Origin: Bdellovibrionales bacterium
GTDB taxonomy: Bacteria; Bdellovibrionota; Bdellovibrionia; Bdellovibrionales; UBA1609
Reading direction: 5' to 3'
Assembly: GCA_050249195.1 (NCBI GenBank)
Contig: JBFWQY010000003.1
Location: 64,023-128,022 of the forward strand
Length of the DNA stretch: 64,000 nt
Shown here: positions 61,829 to 64,000 of the stretch, one piece after another
Layout of the letters: each line of letters opens with the position of its first letter
How positions within the stretch are numbered: the first letter of the stretch is position 1
Translations under genes and position numbers: made by a program
Notes under the pieces: model-generated
The model's input: only the letters and a program-made list of their open reading frames with translations
Told to the model about the DNA's origin: nothing
Databases searched by the model: none

Positions 61829-63673
61829 ATGGGGGATCTTGTCTTCACTACTAACACTACTAACACTACTAACACTATTAACATTGTTAACCGATTTCAC
61901 GTCTTTAACCCCACTCATCGAATTAAAAGAACCGAACGAACCGAACGAATTGATCGAACTGACGGAGTTAACCCAGTTAACGGAACCCTCCAACCTCGCC
62001 GACTCCCGATTTCAACCCCGATCGCGCGATTCATCCTTCGCGGTTTCATCCTCACTTTTCTCTGCACCTTCTCCTGTAAGACATTCGCGGACAGCTGTTG
62101 GGTTTACATTCACCTTAGCTGTAATCAGAGCGCTCCCATCCAGCAATGGTTTGCGGACGATTACAACGGCGCCTCGTCGAACCAGTTGCAATGCATGCAG
62201 AGAGCCTCAGACTACCAAGCTTGGTGTGGAGGGTCGGCCGTGTTCGCGTCCTATTGGAGCGATGCGGGCGTCAATTCGTGGGTGTACAACAATTATGGAA
62301 CCTATCAAGCTTTCTGGTTACCGGCCGGCACGGGGCTTCCCATGGACAATTACTATTCCAATCCCTACGGCGCTTTGTACATGCAGACCGATGGTAACCT
62401 TGTGCTTTATCAAAACGGAGCTCCGCTTTGGGGAGCCAATTGGTCCCCATCCAACGGCTATGTACCTATACAAAACTGCCCCGGTTGCGTCGCCACCATG
62501 CAGTGGGACGGCAATCTTGTCTTGTACAATCCTGGGGGAGCGTACTGGGCGAGCAATACCTATGGGTATGCGGGAAACCGTCTTCTCCTCTACAAAACGA
62601 CTCCGGTGATCATGGTTTCGACATATTACGGAGCGGAGCTATGGTCGAGTCTTTCGGAGCCTGTGGGATACGTGCGGACGCTTAACGACCAGATTCGCGG
62701 CGGTGGCAACCTCCTGGATTTCCTGATTTCAGATGTGTGCGTGGACGCCTTCGATCATCCCATTGACGGCGACCCGGCTTATTGTTCCAGACGTCGAAAC
62801 CTTCGTATCGGCGAAAAGATTCCTTACTTGGTTACGGACTTCGATACGAGAAACAACTACATCACCTACTCGGCGATGGCGAGTATGCCCGTCCCAGGAG
62901 CGGATGGGAGACTTAAGGTCATGGCGGTAAAGAACCTGCAGACAAACTTCAATTCCAGTTTTGCGTTTAGTTTTGTACCCTCCCGCGATGGTTTTGACCT
63001 GGTGGATGTTTTCAGCTCCTCGTATGTTTCATTTATTCGCACCTCGGACGGGGGATGCTACGACCAAGCCTGGTCATCGGACGGAAGTTTTCAGAACCGC
63101 TCCGGCGGATGGATTCTTTTTCCTGCCTACGATCCTTTCGCATTCCCCGGCTCGACCAGTGTCAACATGACGACACATAATATTTCGCTCTCCGGAGTTT
63201 GTTCGGGCGGTCATAGTCAGGGTACCACATATTGGAATTATCCTTATTACTACACGTTTGAAACCGGAAAAACCCTTGCGGCGGTTAAAAGTTATCACTT
63301 TGCTTCTTCTAACTTGAGTTCTTCGGGCAACGCTTTGGAGATGTACTATTTCACCCGTGAGTACGGGTTTACCCGGTGGGAAGCGTGGGTTCCACAAAGC
63401 CGGTGTTACAGCGCTTATGGAAGTGGGGATCCGCGCTGCAATCCCACCTCGTCCAACAACTTTCTTTCCGGCCGTTGCTGGTCTTTGAACGTCAGCGCCA
63501 CGGGCAACCCGGCAATGGACACTTGGGGCGGTCAGACCTGGGTGCGGGTGGATTGCCGTGATCATACAAACTATATAAGTTTATATACGCCGTCACCCAT
63601 GCTGGATACCGCAATGGCTCAAAACAATGGAGTCGTCGATATCACGACGGAATGGCTTTACAGGCTCTGGTGA
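61829..63673 (+). CDS. Secreted or membrane-anchored protein with bulb-type (mannose-binding) lectin domain and unknown Cys-rich N- and C-terminal regions
   Basis: ATG 61829 follows GGGGAG. Hydrophobic segment FILRGFILTFLCTF. Two perfect QxDxNxVxY motifs, QTDGNLVLY (62384-62410) and QWDGNLVLY (62501-62527), plus a degenerate third. Confidence 0.75.
   Translation: MGDLVFTTNTTNTTNTINIVNRFHVFNPTHRIKRTERTERIDRTDGVNPVNGTLQPRRLPISTPIARFILRGFILTFLCTFSCKTFADSCWVYIHLSCNQSAPIQQWFADDYNGASSNQLQCMQRASDYQAWCGGSAVFASYWSDAGVNSWVYNNYGTYQAFWLPAGTGLPMDNYYSNPYGALYMQTDGNLVLYQNGAPLWGANWSPSNGYVPIQNCPGCVATMQWDGNLVLYNPGGAYWASNTYGYAGNRLLLYKTTPVIMVSTYYGAELWSSLSEPVGYVRTLNDQIRGGGNLLDFLISDVCVDAFDHPIDGDPAYCSRRRNLRIGEKIPYLVTDFDTRNNYITYSAMASMPVPGADGRLKVMAVKNLQTNFNSSFAFSFVPSRDGFDLVDVFSSSYVSFIRTSDGGCYDQAWSSDGSFQNRSGGWILFPAYDPFAFPGSTSVNMTTHNISLSGVCSGGHSQGTTYWNYPYYYTFETGKTLAAVKSYHFASSNLSSSGNALEMYYFTREYGFTRWEAWVPQSRCYSAYGSGDPRCNPTSSNNFLSGRCWSLNVSATGNPAMDTWGGQTWVRVDCRDHTNYISLYTPSPMLDTAMAQNNGVVDITTEWLYRLW
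61847..61990. repeat. Degenerate tandem array with 9-nt period (16 units) in the 5' coding region
   Basis: ACTACTAAC x3 is perfect (61847-61873). It is followed by diverged units, including AGAACCGAA CGAACCGAA (61928-61945). In frame this reads TTN TTN TTN TIN IVN ... RTE RTE RID RTD GVN PVN. Confidence 0.85.
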
Positions 63674-63674
63674 G

Positions 63675-64000
63675 GTGATTGTGTTGAGGCCAACGCGCAG
63701 GCGCCTTGGCGCCAAACGGATTTTTGGATATGTCTCATTGATAACAGCCCTGTTGACTTTGATCTTGTTACCGCTTGGGAAAGAAGGACCGCTATCAATC
63801 GGTAAGACCACCAATCTAACTGATGATAGAACGCGAGAGGCTTCTTCGGCACAAGGGCCGCGCGGCAGTTTGAGCCCCGCCATGCACGCGAGCAAACCGC
63901 CTCCGGAAGGTCAGGCCATTGACCAGCTCAACCACATCATGCGGGATTTGAGATCCGCGCTAATCTCAGAAAAAATGGCCACTCGAGCGCTGGACTCATT
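63675..64000 (+). CDS. 5' part of a membrane-anchored hypothetical protein (runs off the window)
   Basis: Open frame from GTG 63675 (or GTG 63681) to the window end, with no stop. Basic N-terminus, then hydrophobic IFGYVSLITALLTLILLPL. Not in the ORF track, presumably because it has no stop. Confidence 0.45.
   Translation, partial: MIVLRPTRRRLGAKRIFGYVSLITALLTLILLPLGKEGPLSIGKTTNLTDDRTREASSAQGPRGSLSPAMHASKPPPEGQAIDQLNHIMRDLRSALISEKMATRALDS

Noticed and set aside
61764-62609. 281-aa alternative-frame ORF overlapping the lectin gene
   Set aside because: Beyond the repeat array its translation is Arg/Ser/Thr/Pro-rich junk. The other frame contains perfect lectin motifs. It is kept only as a note under the repeat finding.
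1-64000. Search for CRISPR arrays, rRNA/tRNA genes, transposases, integrases and prophage genes
   Set aside because: No regularly spaced direct repeats, no rRNA/tRNA-like segments and no DDE, tyrosine- or serine-recombinase motifs appear in any listed ORF. The scan was visual, so short or degenerate elements could have been missed.

Overview
64-kb densely coding chromosomal segment with about 60 CDS on both strands. GC looks mostly around 55-60% by eye, with an AT-richer patch near 57-61.6 kb. All functional calls come from reading the six-frame translations and recognising motifs; no database search was run.

No rRNA, tRNA, CRISPR array, transposase, integrase or prophage gene was found.

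Gene content points to a Gram-negative bacterium, possibly a Bdellovibrio-like/Oligoflexia predator. The hints are many secreted hydrolases (S8 protease, endonuclease I, patatin, metzincin-like protease), PilZ-like and FHA signalling proteins, a Pro-rich zinc-ribbon protein and GTP-type PEPCK. This taxonomic guess is inference only.

Clear housekeeping genes:
- pdxH, a ROK kinase, a HIT protein and ETF-ubiquinone oxidoreductase
- ppx and ppk1, and pckG
- the block tilS-ftsH-cdaA-cdaR-glmM-nnr-tsaE
- a ZnuA/ZnuB-like metal importer, an MBOAT acyltransferase and a LysR regulator

Most interesting candidates:
1. A three-gene overlapping cluster (22.2-25.4 kb): a GT9 transferase, a eukaryote-type GT22-like GT-C mannosyltransferase carrying an HKEERF motif, and a PAP2 phosphatase. 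It may be a lipid A dephosphorylation/mannosylation module.
2. A 1400-aa orphan envelope protein with four copies of a novel repeat module and a polytopic core.
3. A secreted protein with a bulb-type (QxDxNxVxY) lectin domain and a 9-nt periodic repeat array in its 5' coding region.
4. A gene between ppk1 and ppx that is readable only across two frameshifts.
5. An Ivy-like CEAHNC periplasmic protein.
6. A G10 tract abutting the start codon of the S8 protease.

I cannot show that any of these is a complete new system. They are hypotheses, each with a stated test.
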